Source: Eledone cirrhosa (Eukaryota). From it: 64,000 bases of DNA. Below the pieces are notes generated by a model. It was not told the origin of the DNA, searched no databases, and was given only the letters and a program-made list of their open reading frames with translations. The stretch's first letter is position 1; every line of letters begins with the position of its first letter. The stretch lies in the NCBI GenBank assembly GCA_964016885.1, contig OZ024747.1, forward strand, positions 59,458,001 through 59,522,000, in the 5' to 3' direction. Positions 25,771-41,029 of this stretch are shown here, in pieces. The position numbers were made by a program, and so were the translations under genes.

Positions 25771-26129
25771 TATATATGAGTATTTACGATAAGCTGAGGG
25801 TTAACTGGCAGGTATTTAAAAGATTTAAATCCAAAATTGTCAGACATGCTTAAGTCCTGTTGATGTTTTATCAAAATAATAAGTGTGTCATCTCAATCTC
25901 TTAATAAATCAATCATATTTTTCTGTAGCAGCAACTTGAAGTATAATTTCCTGCTTGGAATGGAAATATTTTTAGTTGAAATGTTAATATGCTGTTTTTG
26001 CATGGTGTATAGCCTTCTCGAGCATATGTTCAGTAGAGAGTAACATGAGTGACAATAATAATAACAACAAACTACCTTTATAAGAGAACTCAATACTTAA
26101 ATAGAATATGTGTTTTTATTGGGGGTACA

Positions 26130-26530
26130 TTTACAATGGTAGTGAGACATGGGCAAGGAATGTAGAAGATATGCAAAAACTGGAGAGAAAGGCAGCAAGC
26201 ATGCACCAGTGGATGCAGAATGTTAATATGCATGAAGGACTAGGCAGAGATGAGCTGAGAGAAAAGCTGGGTATAAGAGGAACCAGATGTAGTGTACAGG
26301 AGAGGAAGACTGTGAAGGTGTGGACATGCGAAGCATATGGATAATGATCATTGGGTGAGAGGGTAACCAAGATAGAACTAGGCAGTAGTTGTGGGAGCTA
26401 ATCTCAAATCACTGAAGATCATAGAGGAGATGACTAAGGACCACAACAAGTGGGGAAGAGTGCTGTGCTGGTAAATACCTAGCCAACCTATGCAAGCATG
26501 GAAAAGCAGATGTAAAACAATGATGATATA
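26130..26530 (+). pseudogene. RTE LINE 3' relic
   Basis: NGSETWARNVEDMQKLER...ELREKLGIRG homologous to the 19571 ORF; ends ATGCAAGCATGGAAAAGCAGATGTAAAACAATGATGAT. Confidence 0.8.
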
Positions 26531-27779
26531 AGTTCTTTTTGATGTGAAGCATTTGGAACATTTTTTCATAAAACATTGAACGTAATTAAGTAGGTAGTTT
26601 TGGTTAAAGTTGGGCAGTTAATTGGGTATATATAAAAAAAAATACATATCTGTATATCTTACACAGACACACACACAAAGGGTTTTCCTATCAGAGATTC
26701 CATGATTAGAAACCTTGACCATTATCTGCTGCTAACCATAATTCTCTGTTACCCCTACTACTAACCATCAATCACTTTCCACTATGTGACTGAACTAAAT
26801 TCTAGAATTCTCACCACCACCTATCATTAATGTTGCTATCCACTACTCACTCCCACTTGCCATAACTCATCTTTATTGCTCTCATCACAATGTTCATACC
26901 ATTGTCTATTCAACCACCTAGCAGTTACCTTTTCCATTCCTTGCTCCATTACTTTACTCACTCTTTCCTCATACTCATTATCTACTCTTTCAATCTCTTA
27001 TCCATCATTCTCCTTCAATCTACAAGTTTACCTTTAAAAAACAAACAGTGAAGAGAACACTTTAGTCTTGCAGAGAATAAGGCAACCTCTCAAGTGTGGT
27101 GCAAATGATAAAATGTACTCGGTACACATTGTAAGCCACTCAGAAATCAAACAGTAGCAACATTAAAGACACTTCAGTCATATCAAAGCATGACAAACTT
27201 TCTAGGTCTAGTGTAAATATAAAATGCACAACACCCACACTGCAAGGTGGTTGGTGTTAGGAGAAGCATACAGCCATGGAAACTGTGCTAAAAATGGAAT
27301 ATATGCACAAGACATGGTCCCTTAACCTGTGTGCACATGCATGTGTGTGTATATCTATACACACATATATATAAATACACATATTTACATATACCTATGT
27401 AGTCATACATATATATATATATATTTATGCCTATATACACATACATATAAATGTTTAAACCTATATCCATGTGTGGAGAAACGGATGTAAAAACGATGAT
27501 GATAATGATGATGATACATCTACATATAAATATCTATACCTATATACATATAAACAGACACAAATACATATGCATGTGTGCGTGTGTATATATATATATA
27601 TATATTCACATGGAAAAAAAGAATAGGAAAATGTAACAGCATTTGAGTGAGACAAGGTCCCTTGATGCCTCTAGGTGTTAAGTAACCCTTAATAAGAACA
27701 GACACAGACCATGGAGACCCAATTCATGCCAGCATGAAAACGACTGATGTCAATTGAGTATTGTCAAACTACACTAAAT

Positions 27780-28650
27780 TTATTTATGAGTTTATAGGGG
27801 ATAATTATCACTGTATGAGTTTAAGATTGGCTGTTCATGGGAACACTTGTATGCTGATGATCTAGTTTTTTTAAAAGATGAATCTATAGAAGTGTTAGAT
27901 AAGATATGGAAGCAAAACCTGGAATTATGAAGCCTCAAACTTCGCAAAGACTAAAGTTTTAATAAGTAGATAGGATAGGTCCTAATACCATTAGGAAAAG
28001 GAGTTAATACAAATTCTATATGATGTAACTAGTGCAAACTTGGAACGCAAATAAGTATAGTTCTGACTACAGGCTGGCTCACAGTAGGGAAACTTTGTGG
28101 GAAATGTCTATGAGAAGTTAGTAGTAAAAATACACATGAAATACATTCCTTCATATACTTGGAAACATCACTAGGAGTAGTTTATGATGTAATTAACAGA
28201 GAAGGTGGATTTACTGAAAGCATTATAGCTAGATTAAATAAAAGGTAGGCAAAGTTCTTAGAATACAGAAGGTTTGTGATGGTTAGAAAGAAACAAAGAG
28301 AGTATGCACCACTGGATATATAAAGTTAGTGTGCACAAGGAGCACAAATGGATTGAGATAAAATCTGGGTATAAAAGGAATCATCTGTAGTGAGTAATAG
28401 TTAACACTATCCTGGTACAGGCACATGGTGTATATAGAGAATGTTAATAGTATGAAGTGCTGAGCACTTGAAGCGGATGGAACAAGTACAAGAAACCAAG
28501 GAAGATATGGGACAAAGAGAGAAAAACTGACTCCAAAAAGTTGAAACTCGTGAAAGAGATAACAAAGAACCATGATCGCAGTTAACCTACTGCGCTGGAG
28601 AAGACCTAATTACAATGCAAGTATGGCAAAATGGTAAATAAAAATAAAGG
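27780..28650 (+). pseudogene. Old RTE LINE relic (RT C-terminal half)
   Basis: GCPWE.LYADDL at about 27830-27865, AAGACTAAAGTT, and a terminal GAGAAGACC like the main element; many stops and indels. Confidence 0.7.
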
Positions 28651-28862
28651 TGATGGTGCTGACAGAGACAATATATCAAGTCTCCTGCACAGTATACCCT
28701 TGGTTATATATAGGTTTTTTAAGGTTTCATTTTCTTAAATTTAAATGGCAACTTATAGCAAGTTATTAGAAAGTTCTTTATATACATTTGTTTCAATATA
28801 CACTTACAGTTTCAGTGATACAGACATATACACTGCAAGTACTAACACAGTTATATATATAT

Positions 28863-28909
<47 letters not shown>

Positions 28910-29879
28910 ACATAACTTTACAACCATCCTCTATGCTGGCTGAGGTTGTGCAAGTCATCATAGTCTGAGTTAGTCCTTATTCAGAATATGTCTCACTTTA
29001 ATTCCAATTTTTGGCATGATTTCTGGGTGCATTTTATCATGGTACTGGAACTAGAGATGTCATATCCTCAACACGGCTAAAAAGACCTCTCTACCCTCTG
29101 TTGTCATTCACCAATCAATTTCCAGAGCATACTCGGTATATTGTATCACCAACACTCAAGAGGCCACTTACTCTTCTTTGAAGATGAACATGATGGAGAG
29201 TGTAAATAGAAGTGAAGTGATGAAGGAGAGGCTAAAAGAGTATGTAGGGGAAGACAGTGACAGCATAGTAGTGAAAGGAGAGAAGCTGTGGTAGCTATAT
29301 GCTGGCTATTGATTACAGTTTGCACAGAAGACAGTATGAGCAATGTGATGAGATAGCAATAAGGATGTGTCATGGTAGGAGAGGATGGGTTACGGATAGA
29401 AAGTAGAAGAGAAGGGTGTGTTTCAGTGAGAGCAACAGGTGTTGGCTCTGAGTCACATTGTGGAGAAAGACAGAAAGATTAGTTGGAGAGGGTAAGAGTA
29501 TTAAATATAGATATGGAAGATAAATATTTAACTGATGGGTGTTAAAGAATGTCAATCAAGTGTGTCCTAGGGGACAAAGATGATGGTGAGTCGTAGAGAG
29601 TGACACTACTGAATATGGACGGGTCCAGTGCCATCCTGTTATACAGATGTCATAATGATATGTGTAATTATAGGATGGTGATGGTGAAAGAGAGGTAGAA
29701 TGATAATATAGTGGGTGAAGGGACTGAACAAGAGAAGATCAAATGCCTTCCTCAGTAGAGGTCTAGTGATGAGATATAGGTAGGGTAATAATAATGGGCA
29801 ATGGTGGTGACGGAAGGTGAATACAGATTGGCTGGAACATAGAATGTTGTTGATACTTAGTCTGATCCTATTGTTCTAC

Positions 29880-30345
29880 CTGAAATGGCTTACACAGATG
29901 ACATAGCTCTCTTGGAAAACACCTGCAAAGAAGCTGAGGAAGTGCTTCACAGAGTGGAGGCAGCAGTGCAGTTCATTGGACTCTTCTTGAATGTTGGCAA
30001 AACAAAATTCATGCACCACAATGCAACGTCAAATAAACAAATGCATGTGTTGAACAGTTTGGAGGTTGAGGAGGTCAATGACTTCTTGTATCTTGGCAGT
30101 TTTATGAACACTGAGCACAATGTGGACAGCAAGATAGGCATGGGATCTCACAACTCCATATCAAAGGTGTGGGTGTCTCTGATCAAGAAAACCACAAAAA
30201 TGAGGCTATTCAAAGCAACGGTTGAGTCCATTCTACTCTACAGATGCGAGTCATGGACACTGACAAAGCATTCACAAAGAGGATTAATGGCACACTCATC
30301 AAGATACTGAGAAAGGTCCAGAACATATCCTGGAGAACAAATGTA
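29880..30345 (+). pseudogene. Fragment of a second LINE RT family (RTE-like, no PHD insert)
   Basis: AYTDDIALL...GLFLNVGKTKFM...EEVNDFLYLGS...LFKATVESILLYRCESWTLTK, then a frameshift. Confidence 0.8.
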
Positions 30346-30820
30346 GCAAATAAATCACTATGGCTCACACCTTTGCCTCTTTCTCATGCAATATTAAAGA
30401 ACACTATCTGCTACACTGTCTTTTTCAAGACCACAAAAATCAAGGGAGTGAAATGGGTAAAAGAGCAATAACAGAAGAATCAGGATAGATTCTACCTAAT
30501 GATGTACTCGCTTGAACACATACAAATAAATAATTAAAAAAAAAAAAAAAAAAAAAAAACGAAATTTATAGTTCACCCCTATGCAGGTTAAGCTGGTCTC
30601 CTAGGAAATTGCATCTCATAGGAGATTTCTTGGGTATTTTGATGATAGAAGCTCAACATCTATCATAAATAGCACAGTGAAGTGTAGCATCTTGTTCAAG
30701 AATGTAACATGTTGACAGATCTAGGAATCGCACCCATAACCTTACTTATGATCATGAGTCCAACACTTTAACCAATACATTCACACTTTTGTACATTTCA
30801 TGAATACTGTCACATCGTCT

Positions 30821-30960
30821 CATACAGATGGGCATCAGCATATCCAAATATTTTCACTCTTGCATCAGCTTATACAGGTGTGCATGCATCAGCACATCCA
30901 AATATGCCCACATTGTTGCATCAGCTCATACAGATGTGCATCGGCACGTCCAAATATCTT
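30821..30960. repeat. Short ~52-55 bp tandem repeat, about 2.5 units
   Basis: CATACAGATG.GCATCAGCA.ATCCAAATAT...TTGCATCAGCT repeated. Confidence 0.7.
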
Positions 30961-31831
30961 CAGGTTTTTCAGATTCACATTTCAATTCTTTCCTACACAA
31001 ACATAAATCCTCCTCACTCCAACACCTATACACATGTTACTTTATGTGAATGTATGCACACGGAACAACTACAACTTGTTTGAATAGGTCTTTCATAGAA
31101 GTGCAAGACATGGAGAAATGATGATATAAGTTACACTAAGGTGATGGAGCAATGAATTGAGATGGATAGATGATAGATAAAACAGAAATGGTAATAGATG
31201 AGGAATGTTAAATGGTAATATGGATGACAAACTTTTTAATCGTAAGAAAAAAATGTATATGATAAAATGACACACTAAAATACACCCAGTACACTCTGAA
31301 CTGTTAGTGGTGCAACCATAGTAAAATACACCCAGTACATTCTACAAGGCTGTTAGCACTATGAGGGGCATCCAGCTATTGAAACCATGCCAAACATGGA
31401 ACATATGAGTAAGATGAAGTCTCTTGGACATGTCTCAACCTATGACAACCATTCCAACCCATGCCAGTATGGAAAGTGGACTTATGATATGAGTGATAAA
31501 AAAAAACAGATTTATAATAAAATGTAAAATTATGAAATGTAAAGGAAATCAAAATTTGATTTTAAAAAATAGATTCAATAATTTGGAAGTAATATAAAAC
31601 AAAACATTAAAAATAAAAATAACTTAAGGCAAAGCACAATGTGTTGAAGTAGAGTGAAAGGAATTGGTGTTAACAGGATAATGAGTTGACAGGAGAAAAA
31701 AAACACAATTAGTGCTTGGAAGGAGGTGAAAAGTAACCAGCAGTAACAGGATATCTTTAGAAAGTTCTTAAATTTAACAAGGATGGTTGTAACATTTCAT
31801 GTTTTTATCTAGCTAAAAGCAAAATAAAAAG

Positions 31832-31960
31832 GTGGCAAATTGTGGCCTAATGGCGAGCATGCTGGACATACGATCATAAGGGTGTAGGTTTGATTTTTTG
31901 ACTGGGAGGTGTGTTCTGTTTTGTTTTTGAGCGAGATGCTTCTTTTCACATGACCTCTCA
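31832..31960 (+). mobile_element. SINE family A, degenerate
   Basis: TGTGGCCTAATGG head and TTTTGAGCGAGATGCTT core. Confidence 0.5.
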
Positions 31961-34379
31961 TGATAGGACTGAGGTTCCTATCATAAAAAACCCACCTGAG
32001 AAGCATTCAATATGATGCAACTTCAGAGGAGATCAAATAAAGCTGCATAGGTATGAGCTGTAAATTTTATTTCACTTTTTATTTGTTTTTTCAAAAGGTA
32101 ATTGGTGCATATTTGAAGAAATTTGATAGCTCTGATGTAATATTCCAACCAGTGGCATCTTGTTATAAGATGAACATTTTCTTAGATGGGTATAGATTTG
32201 TTTCATAGAACCAGACAGTTTCGACTAAAACAGAAATCTGAAAAAACTTTCAGGAATAAAAAAAAAAATACTAAAAAGTTATGTTGAGGTACTTATTGCC
32301 TGAAGGTAAAACCTAATTTACTTGGTTGATAATTTAATGATATTGAAAAGGATTCATTTCTTTGAAAATTAAAATTTTGAAGTAGCAAGCCGCCCATATT
32401 AATATTTTATTTATTTACACACACACACACACAGTTGATGCAGTTCAGTTTGTAATATCTGTTTCATCTTTATTTGCGTAATTCACCAAAAGGCACAATT
32501 CACCTTGTGTCTATCTGTTTTATTGCATCCCTATATACATACATATACATATATAATATATATATAAAGGAAAAATGTGTCGGCTGGTTCTCTAGTATAA
32601 AGGTTATCACAGCAAAATGGTATATACATTGCAAGCATGGATTCAAGTCCCACAGGCAGTGGTGTACATATTTTTTCTATCTCCAGGGGTATAAATGCCC
32701 AACTTATTAGACTATTACACATAGTAAATAAATATTGAAGCTACTAACAATAACATTCAAATAAATAAATGAATCTATATATATATGATGATGATGATGA
32801 TGATGTAGTAATATGCAATCCTGGAAAATAAGATCATCTGTTACTTTTAACCCATTCTGGCAATAAATATACACATGCAGATGAGATATTCAGAAATGCA
32901 ATGAAAGCCAAAATAGGATACAATTGGTTGAAATTGCTTAAACCTAACCACTTAAATACATATCTTCATACTTATTTTCCTTCTTCATTTTACAGACAAT
33001 TTCCATCTATATTAAGTACTAGCATTGGTATGCATAGTGGCCCAGATGCCAAATATACTCTAACTGTATATATCTACATACACACACCTTTATACATATG
33101 TACCTCAAATAGAGAAACAATTACAAGTACATACACAATCACAAACACAGGCAAACATCTAATGTGTATATAGGAATTTAGGCACACACATCTACATAGA
33201 AACAGGTAATGTATATACATGAATTTATATAAGCAGATTTATCTATATACAAATATGTAGTAGATATATTTAAATTCATATACACATCTGTCCAAACATA
33301 TACAGGGAAAACAACATTCTACCTATATATGAATGTATACAAAAATGTACAAACCCACCCAAACACACCCACATATTAACATATTGATCCACATACAAAG
33401 ATGTAATATACATACGTGATTTCATACTCACAGACACACACACACAAAATCATAAATGCATATATATATAAATATATACGTATAATATGCAAACACTGAG
33501 CTAAGAGAGAAAAACTGTGCATGTGAGAAAGAGAGAGAGAGTTAATAAGAAAAATAACATTCTTTTTGTCATTTCACATTCCTTCTCAATTTTCCCAGTC
33601 TCACTCCATTAGGACTTTCAGTCTGTTTCCATCTCCTGCCCAGCTTTATCCATAGAATTAGGCTTCAGAGTCAGGACTTTGTTGTCCATAGATTACTGTC
33701 AGATGGATCTGGATCTCAGACCAATTTGAGAAATGGAAACATTGTTTCATGACAAACAAACTTCCATGCTTAATATATGTATATGAAAAAATATTAAATT
33801 CACAACCCACATCTATGCAGGTTTAGCTAGCTTCTTATGAGGTTGCATCTCCGAGGATATAGGGGTTCCATCATGAGAAGTAATATAGGAATCAAATCCA
33901 ATCATGAATCTAACACTATCCTTAGGTCATGTACCACCATAAATACATACATTCTTCATTATTAACAAATCTAAGTTTTATAATACCTATTATCTATAAA
34001 TGTTATGCTTTACTTCCAAAACTCTTCCACAGCTAGAACTATAAAAATTAGGTCATCACTAAAGCCATATCCCTAAAGCTAGTTTCTTTTAAAGACCACT
34101 AGAGCACAAACCACTAAATCAACTGAAGTAAGATATAATGGTGCATCATATTGCAAGGTTTAGAGATATACACATAGCAGTTGGCTCATAATGAAAAAAA
34201 AACATCCATGACAATCTGACCTAGCACAAAAATACCCTATTAAATACACACACAGTAGGTAGATGTGTAACGATAGTTACAGGTGGTTCACCAATCAGAA
34301 CACTCAATGCAGTTATTTCTATGAGTCCATTACATGTAGGGTTTATACTTGCGTGTAGCTAAGAGCAGCTGTAACCTGC

Positions 34380-34644
34380 AGGAACAAAGTCTCAATGTTG
34401 CATCATATATAGACTTTATTCACATATGACAATTGTTTCGATATCGATCAGCTCAACATGCGACCATGCAGAACACATTCAAACTTTGAATACATTCTGC
34501 ATATATAAACCTGCATATCTGATGAGCTGTCAATGTAGGGTCAGGCCACAGTCATCATAATTGCACTTTCAGCTGATCGATATCAAAACAATTGTCATAT
34601 GTGAATAAAGTTTGTAAATGATGCAACTTTGAGACTTTGTTCCT
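34380..34644. mobile_element. Penelope-like element terminal remnant: 74-bp inverted arms with a hammerhead motif
   Basis: Arms 34380-34453 and 34571-34644; CATAT-CTGATGA ... (G>A)AAAC-AATT-GTC-ATATG. Confidence 0.6.
34514..34601 (+). ncRNA. Degenerate type I minimal hammerhead ribozyme motif
   Basis: Stem I CATAT/ATATG, core CUGAUGA, palindromic stem III ACAATTGT and GUC site at 34594-34596. The core G is A at 34585, but the inverted arm keeps CGAAAC. Confidence 0.55.
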
Positions 34645-34654
34645 CCTTATATAT

Positions 34655-36050
34655 GTACATGGTGGTGGCACCTAAAATGCTAAGAGTGAAGCCTGGAGAG
34701 ACTGGAAGAAAGGATGTAGCAAACAGCAATATCAAGAATCTAGAAGAGAAACTAAATGTCAGGGAGAATCCCAAAGAGGTTTACAAATGTTCTGCAATAT
34801 GGGAATAGAGACAAACGGGTACCAGAAAATGAAGACATTGGTTACAGAAGTGTACATGGATTGATAACGGCACAGATTGTCACTAGGGTGCTTAAAATGT
34901 TTGGTGATGTATGTCACATGCTAGTCACTCAGGTAGGAAGATATCATAATGATTGGCAAGCAACATCATCATTATCAACTGCTGCAAAGACAAAGAAGAT
35001 GTACCAGAAGTAAGTAACTACAGAGGCAGCAACCTGATGGACCAGGTTAAGAAAATTAAGAAGAAAATAATTCATTAGAAACAAAATTACCTTAGATGGG
35101 CAGCTTATTTTGTGCCAGGGAGAGCCACCATCCATGTTATATTCCTAGTGAGACAACTGCACAAGAAATACATAGCAAGGAGTAAGCTCCTAACATTAGA
35201 ATATATCAACCTGAAGAAGGCTTTTGATAGGATTCCATGTTCTAGTTGCTAAGGAAACTATGAAAGGTTTGTAAGAGTAATAAAATCCTTGAACAGAGAA
35301 ACAGTTAGATTGGAAATGATTTCAGTGATGAATTTAGGATCAACATGTCCATCAGGGTTCAGTCCTCAATCTCTTCCCATTTACTATAGTCCTTCAGGTA
35401 GAACTGAGGTTTTTGTTTTTGTTTTTTTTTGGCTCATGCCAAGTAATACAAAGAATGCAAGAATTTACTAAGGGAGAAAAACAAGACAGAGAAAACATAA
35501 TTCAATGGGAAAGAATATGATGATTGATGTTGCTTTTGAACTTTTGCAAATGGTAGTGGTCAGGAAAATAAGAAGTTGGAAGGGAATTCCATTGGTAAGA
35601 TGTGCAAAGAAAGAAACTATCAGAAAAGAATTTGTGATTGATTGTCAGAACTACTGTATGATGATCTAATTCTTATAGCTGAATCTATAGAAGCTTTGGG
35701 TGAGAAATTCCAGCCATGGAAGCAAAACCAAGAATTTAGAAACCTCAGTTAACAAACCCAAAGTTTTAATAAGTAAGGAAGAGGACAGTAGCCTATTACC
35801 ATTAGGGAAATAGCCATGCTTAATATGCAGAAAAAAAGGTAGGACCTCCATATGATATACCCAGGGTAAACTATGAACACATAAAAGGTGTAGTGGGATT
35901 GTAGGCAAGCTGACTGAAAAGATTAAGTTTGTATGCAGCAGACACACAGGAGAAGTTAGCTGTGAGAAAACATGCAAAATATGATCCCTCAAATTCCTGG
36001 AAGGATCATTAGAAATGGTTGATGGCTTTTGTTACCTAGGTGACCTAATT
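34655..36050 (+). pseudogene. Old RTE LINE relic (RT plus degenerate PHD), interrupted at about 35400-35655
   Basis: Remnants of VAWK, IINC.K, NYRG, VRQL.KKY, LKKAFDRIP, HQGSVL, ELLY.DDL, HKRCSGI and FCYLGD; many stops. Confidence 0.8.
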
Positions 36051-36663
36051 AATAATCTAGAATATATAGAAATAATGCTTTTGTTTTGTTTTTTGTTAAA
36101 CGTATGTGACTAATAGATAGATTTCTGAAGTTTTTTATAAACACATAGGTTAAACATACAATCTCAGTGACACACACACATATATATAGATATATATATA
36201 TATATATATATATATCATCATCATCATTTAGCAAATACACACAAAGAATTACAGGCATATATATGAATTTATACACACATGCACATAGAAACATGTATTG
36301 CATGTATATGGATCTATATATGCATATACACCAACAAATACATAATTTATACACACATGTACACAGAAACACACAGATCAATATACTAAAGGTAACACAC
36401 ATAAATATACACAGATATCACACACTCATTATGTGTATATATACAAACATATAGAGCTAAGTGAAAAATATTGTAAAGGGATAGGAAGAAATAGAGAGAA
36501 GGAAAGAAAGTTGAAGGGAGTAGAGAAAGAGAAAGTTAAAGAGATTGAAAGAAGAGAGGAAAATGACAATGTTCTATTTTAATACACTCCTCTTCTACTA
36601 TTCCACTCTCATAACATCAGAACTTAAGAGTATTTCTTCATTTCCTTTTTGGAATCCTCCGTT

Positions 36664-37038
36664 TTAACCCGTTCAATACCAACACACCCCAAAACATCCA
36701 TTTAGAAGATACTTATTTAAATTGAAATCTTCCAACATAATCTTATATAAAAACCTATGTTACAAATACTATCTGAATAATGGTTTCTGATTTAGACACA
36801 AGGCCAGCAATTTTGTGGGGAGAGGAAGTCAACCCCAATGCATTACTGGTGCTTTATTTTATAAACCCTACAAGGATAAAAGACAAAGCTCACCTCAGCA
36901 GGATTTGAACTCAGAATGTAAAGGGCCATATCTAAATGCTGCAAAGCATGTTGTCCAGATAGAAATGTTATTAAGTCCCATGAAATTCTTAATTCAAATG
37001 GAAAGTATTTTATCAGAAATATGGTAATGAAAGGATTA
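36664..37038. mobile_element. TTAA MITE with nested SINE family B (36775-36960, minus strand)
   Basis: TTAACCCGTTCAATACC ... GGTAATGAAAGGATTA termini; SINE B motifs inside. Confidence 0.5.
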
Positions 37039-37968
37039 CACCATGGAGAAGGAAGCTCAGAATTAGGATATTTTGTTCGTGGAATACTTTGACATGGATC
37101 TGGATCTCAGGGCAAAGTTTTCTGAAAATTCATTAAGAAATGGTCAAGAAGTTCAAATTTAGAACCAGGAAATTTTATGTTTTATCCAACTTGAAGGAAC
37201 TATGAATCTGCTCTCTCCTTTTTCATCTTATATTTCATAAATTCTATAACATGTGACATACAAGTAAAGAATAATCGAGTATAATCGTCATAAACTACAC
37301 CAAAATTGTGAGCCAGATAGCATGAGCCTGCTATTTTAAGAGGGGTGAGGGCTACTTGCCTCTAGTATCAGTTCTACTAAGTACATCATGTACACTACAT
37401 ACACATGTATATACTCATAGCTAAGACATAAATCATATATATTTAGCACTGATTACTAAAATATGTAATAAGCAGTTTGAAATAGGGCCTATATTTCACA
37501 TCTGGCCTGGACCTACTACCAGGTTTGGAGATCTGGTAATAGGTCGAGGAGTCTGCTCCATATTCGCATAATTGTTTACATAAACAATCCCTCCCTCCTT
37601 TCCTATGAATACCACCAACCTGCTGCCAACACACATCTACCCATATGAATGAATGCATGCAAGCGAAAAAAAGAAAACCTCGGTGTAATCGCTCAACCTG
37701 CTGAAAACACCAGCCAAATCTCCTTTAAATAACAACACTATCTTTATAATGGAAAGACACCCCGAACAAAAGCAGTCCTATACATACACACACCTATATA
37801 CATTATATATATATAAATTAAAATTGACTTTTTTTGAGCCGATTTTACTTGTAACCCCCATGAGATTTAGGCTTAACTTTAATATATATGATAAAATACA
37901 AAGTGTGTTTTATAAATCTTGACGTAGCCAAGGAAACATACCTTATCAGTTGAATTTTCCTTGGGTAG

Positions 37969-38030
<62 letters not shown>

Positions 38031-38048
38031 ATATGTGTGTATATATAT

Positions 38049-38376
38049 ATCATTTTACGTCCGCTTTTCCCTGCTTGCAAGGGGGGGACGGGAACTGATT
38101 TTGGCTTGATTTCTACAGCTGGATGCCCTTCCTAACACTAACCTCATTTACAGTGAGTGCTGGGTGCTTTTTCGCCATGGCACCTCCACGACCACTTTGC
38201 AGTGGAATGATATGGACCCCAGTCCCTATCATCTCATTTCTACAGCTGAGTAAACTGGAGCAATGTGAAATAATGTGTCTTGCTCAAGGAAGCAACACAT
38301 CACCCGGTCCGAGAATTGAACTCACAACCTTTCGATTGCAAAGCCAATGCTCTAACCACTAAGCCATGTGCCTTCA
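38049..38376 (-). mobile_element. RTE 3'-tail fragment (38049-38205) abutting SINE family A (38236-38376)
   Basis: Reverse complement of 22620-22750, then CAGCTGAGTAAACTGGAGCAA...TGTCTTGCTCAAGGA...AACCACTAAGCCA. Confidence 0.75.
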
Positions 38377-38440
38377 TATATGTGTGTATGTGTGGGGGGG
38401 GGGGGATATATATATGTGTGTATATATATATATATATATG

Positions 38441-38521
<81 letters not shown>

Positions 38522-38618
38522 ATATATATATTAGTAATAATAATAAAATTGAAGAGTAAAATCCAAAGAGGGCTCGATAAGGAAAATATATATCAAATAT
38601 ATAAGAACCGTAGAGCAA

Positions 38619-38730
38619 ATATTTATTAAAATAACAGATTAAAGTTTAAGCAAAGAATCGCTGCTTTCACCCTTAAGGGTGAAAGCAGCGATTCTTTGCT
38701 TAAACTTTAATCTGTTATTTTAATAAATAT
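38619..38730. repeat. Perfect 112-bp palindrome with no spacer, centred on CCTTAAGG
   Basis: Two 56-bp arms checked base by base; a single-arm copy of the parent element lies at about 45104-45210. Confidence 0.92.
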
Positions 38731-38841
38731 ATATATATATATATATGGAAAGTTATATTTAAAATTGTTGGGTTACAACTAGTAAATATTTATAACTGAT
38801 ATAAAAGCACTCGACAAATATTTGGAGTTTTGGAGTATATT

Positions 38842-40443
<1,602 letters not shown>

Positions 40444-40525
40444 AAAAATGGAATGGGAACAAAACAGAGAGGCAGTACAAACAGAGGTTTATTAGTTTCA
40501 CGCTCGAAAGTGGGGGGGGGGGGGG

Positions 40526-40560
40526 CGTTTCGGGCATAAGCCCTTCTTCAGGCAAAAAGT
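40526..40560 (-). ncRNA. Partial hammerhead motif CTGAAGA-AGGGC-TTAT-GCCC-GAAACG in a probable Penelope-like remnant (40441-40690)
   Basis: Core and stem II are intact on the minus strand; the cleavage triplet and 3' stem I are replaced by poly-C. Confidence 0.5.
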
Positions 40561-40711
40561 GGGTGGGAAGAGAGTTCCGAATGCAAAGAAAGGAAAAAAC
40601 GGGTTGTGGGAAGGTGTGGGGAAAGTTCAGAGAGTGGTCACGGCGGATTAGATCAGGGTTGAGCCAGTAGTCAAGGTGGTATTCCAAGATACACACACAC
40701 ATATACCCACA

Positions 40712-40800
40712 AAGATAAAGATAATTGCAGCTGAAATACTTTTGGCCATACGTCTGCTAGATTAGGGCTGACCTGGAGCTAAACAACAACAACAACAACT
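40712..40800 (+). mobile_element. Retroposon 3' end with (AAC)n tail; related copy at about 41685-41752
   Basis: GGGCTGACCTGGAGCTAAACAACAACAAC versus GGCTAACCTGGGGCTAAACA. Confidence 0.5.
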
Positions 40801-41029
40801 GAACTGAACTGAACTGATGTGTTTACAAAGAAAATTGGACAAGTTCGAAAATTTGAAATATACTTTCTTTTATTATGAAAACCTGCGGCAATTCACGTAT
40901 AAAATAGTTAAATAAATCAGGTAAATGACCCTTTGAAATGGAAAGAAAATGAAAAGACATGTCTGCAGGAATGGAACCACATACCTGCCATATGCCAGAT
41001 GGCTATAGTCATACAGATATATGTATTTC

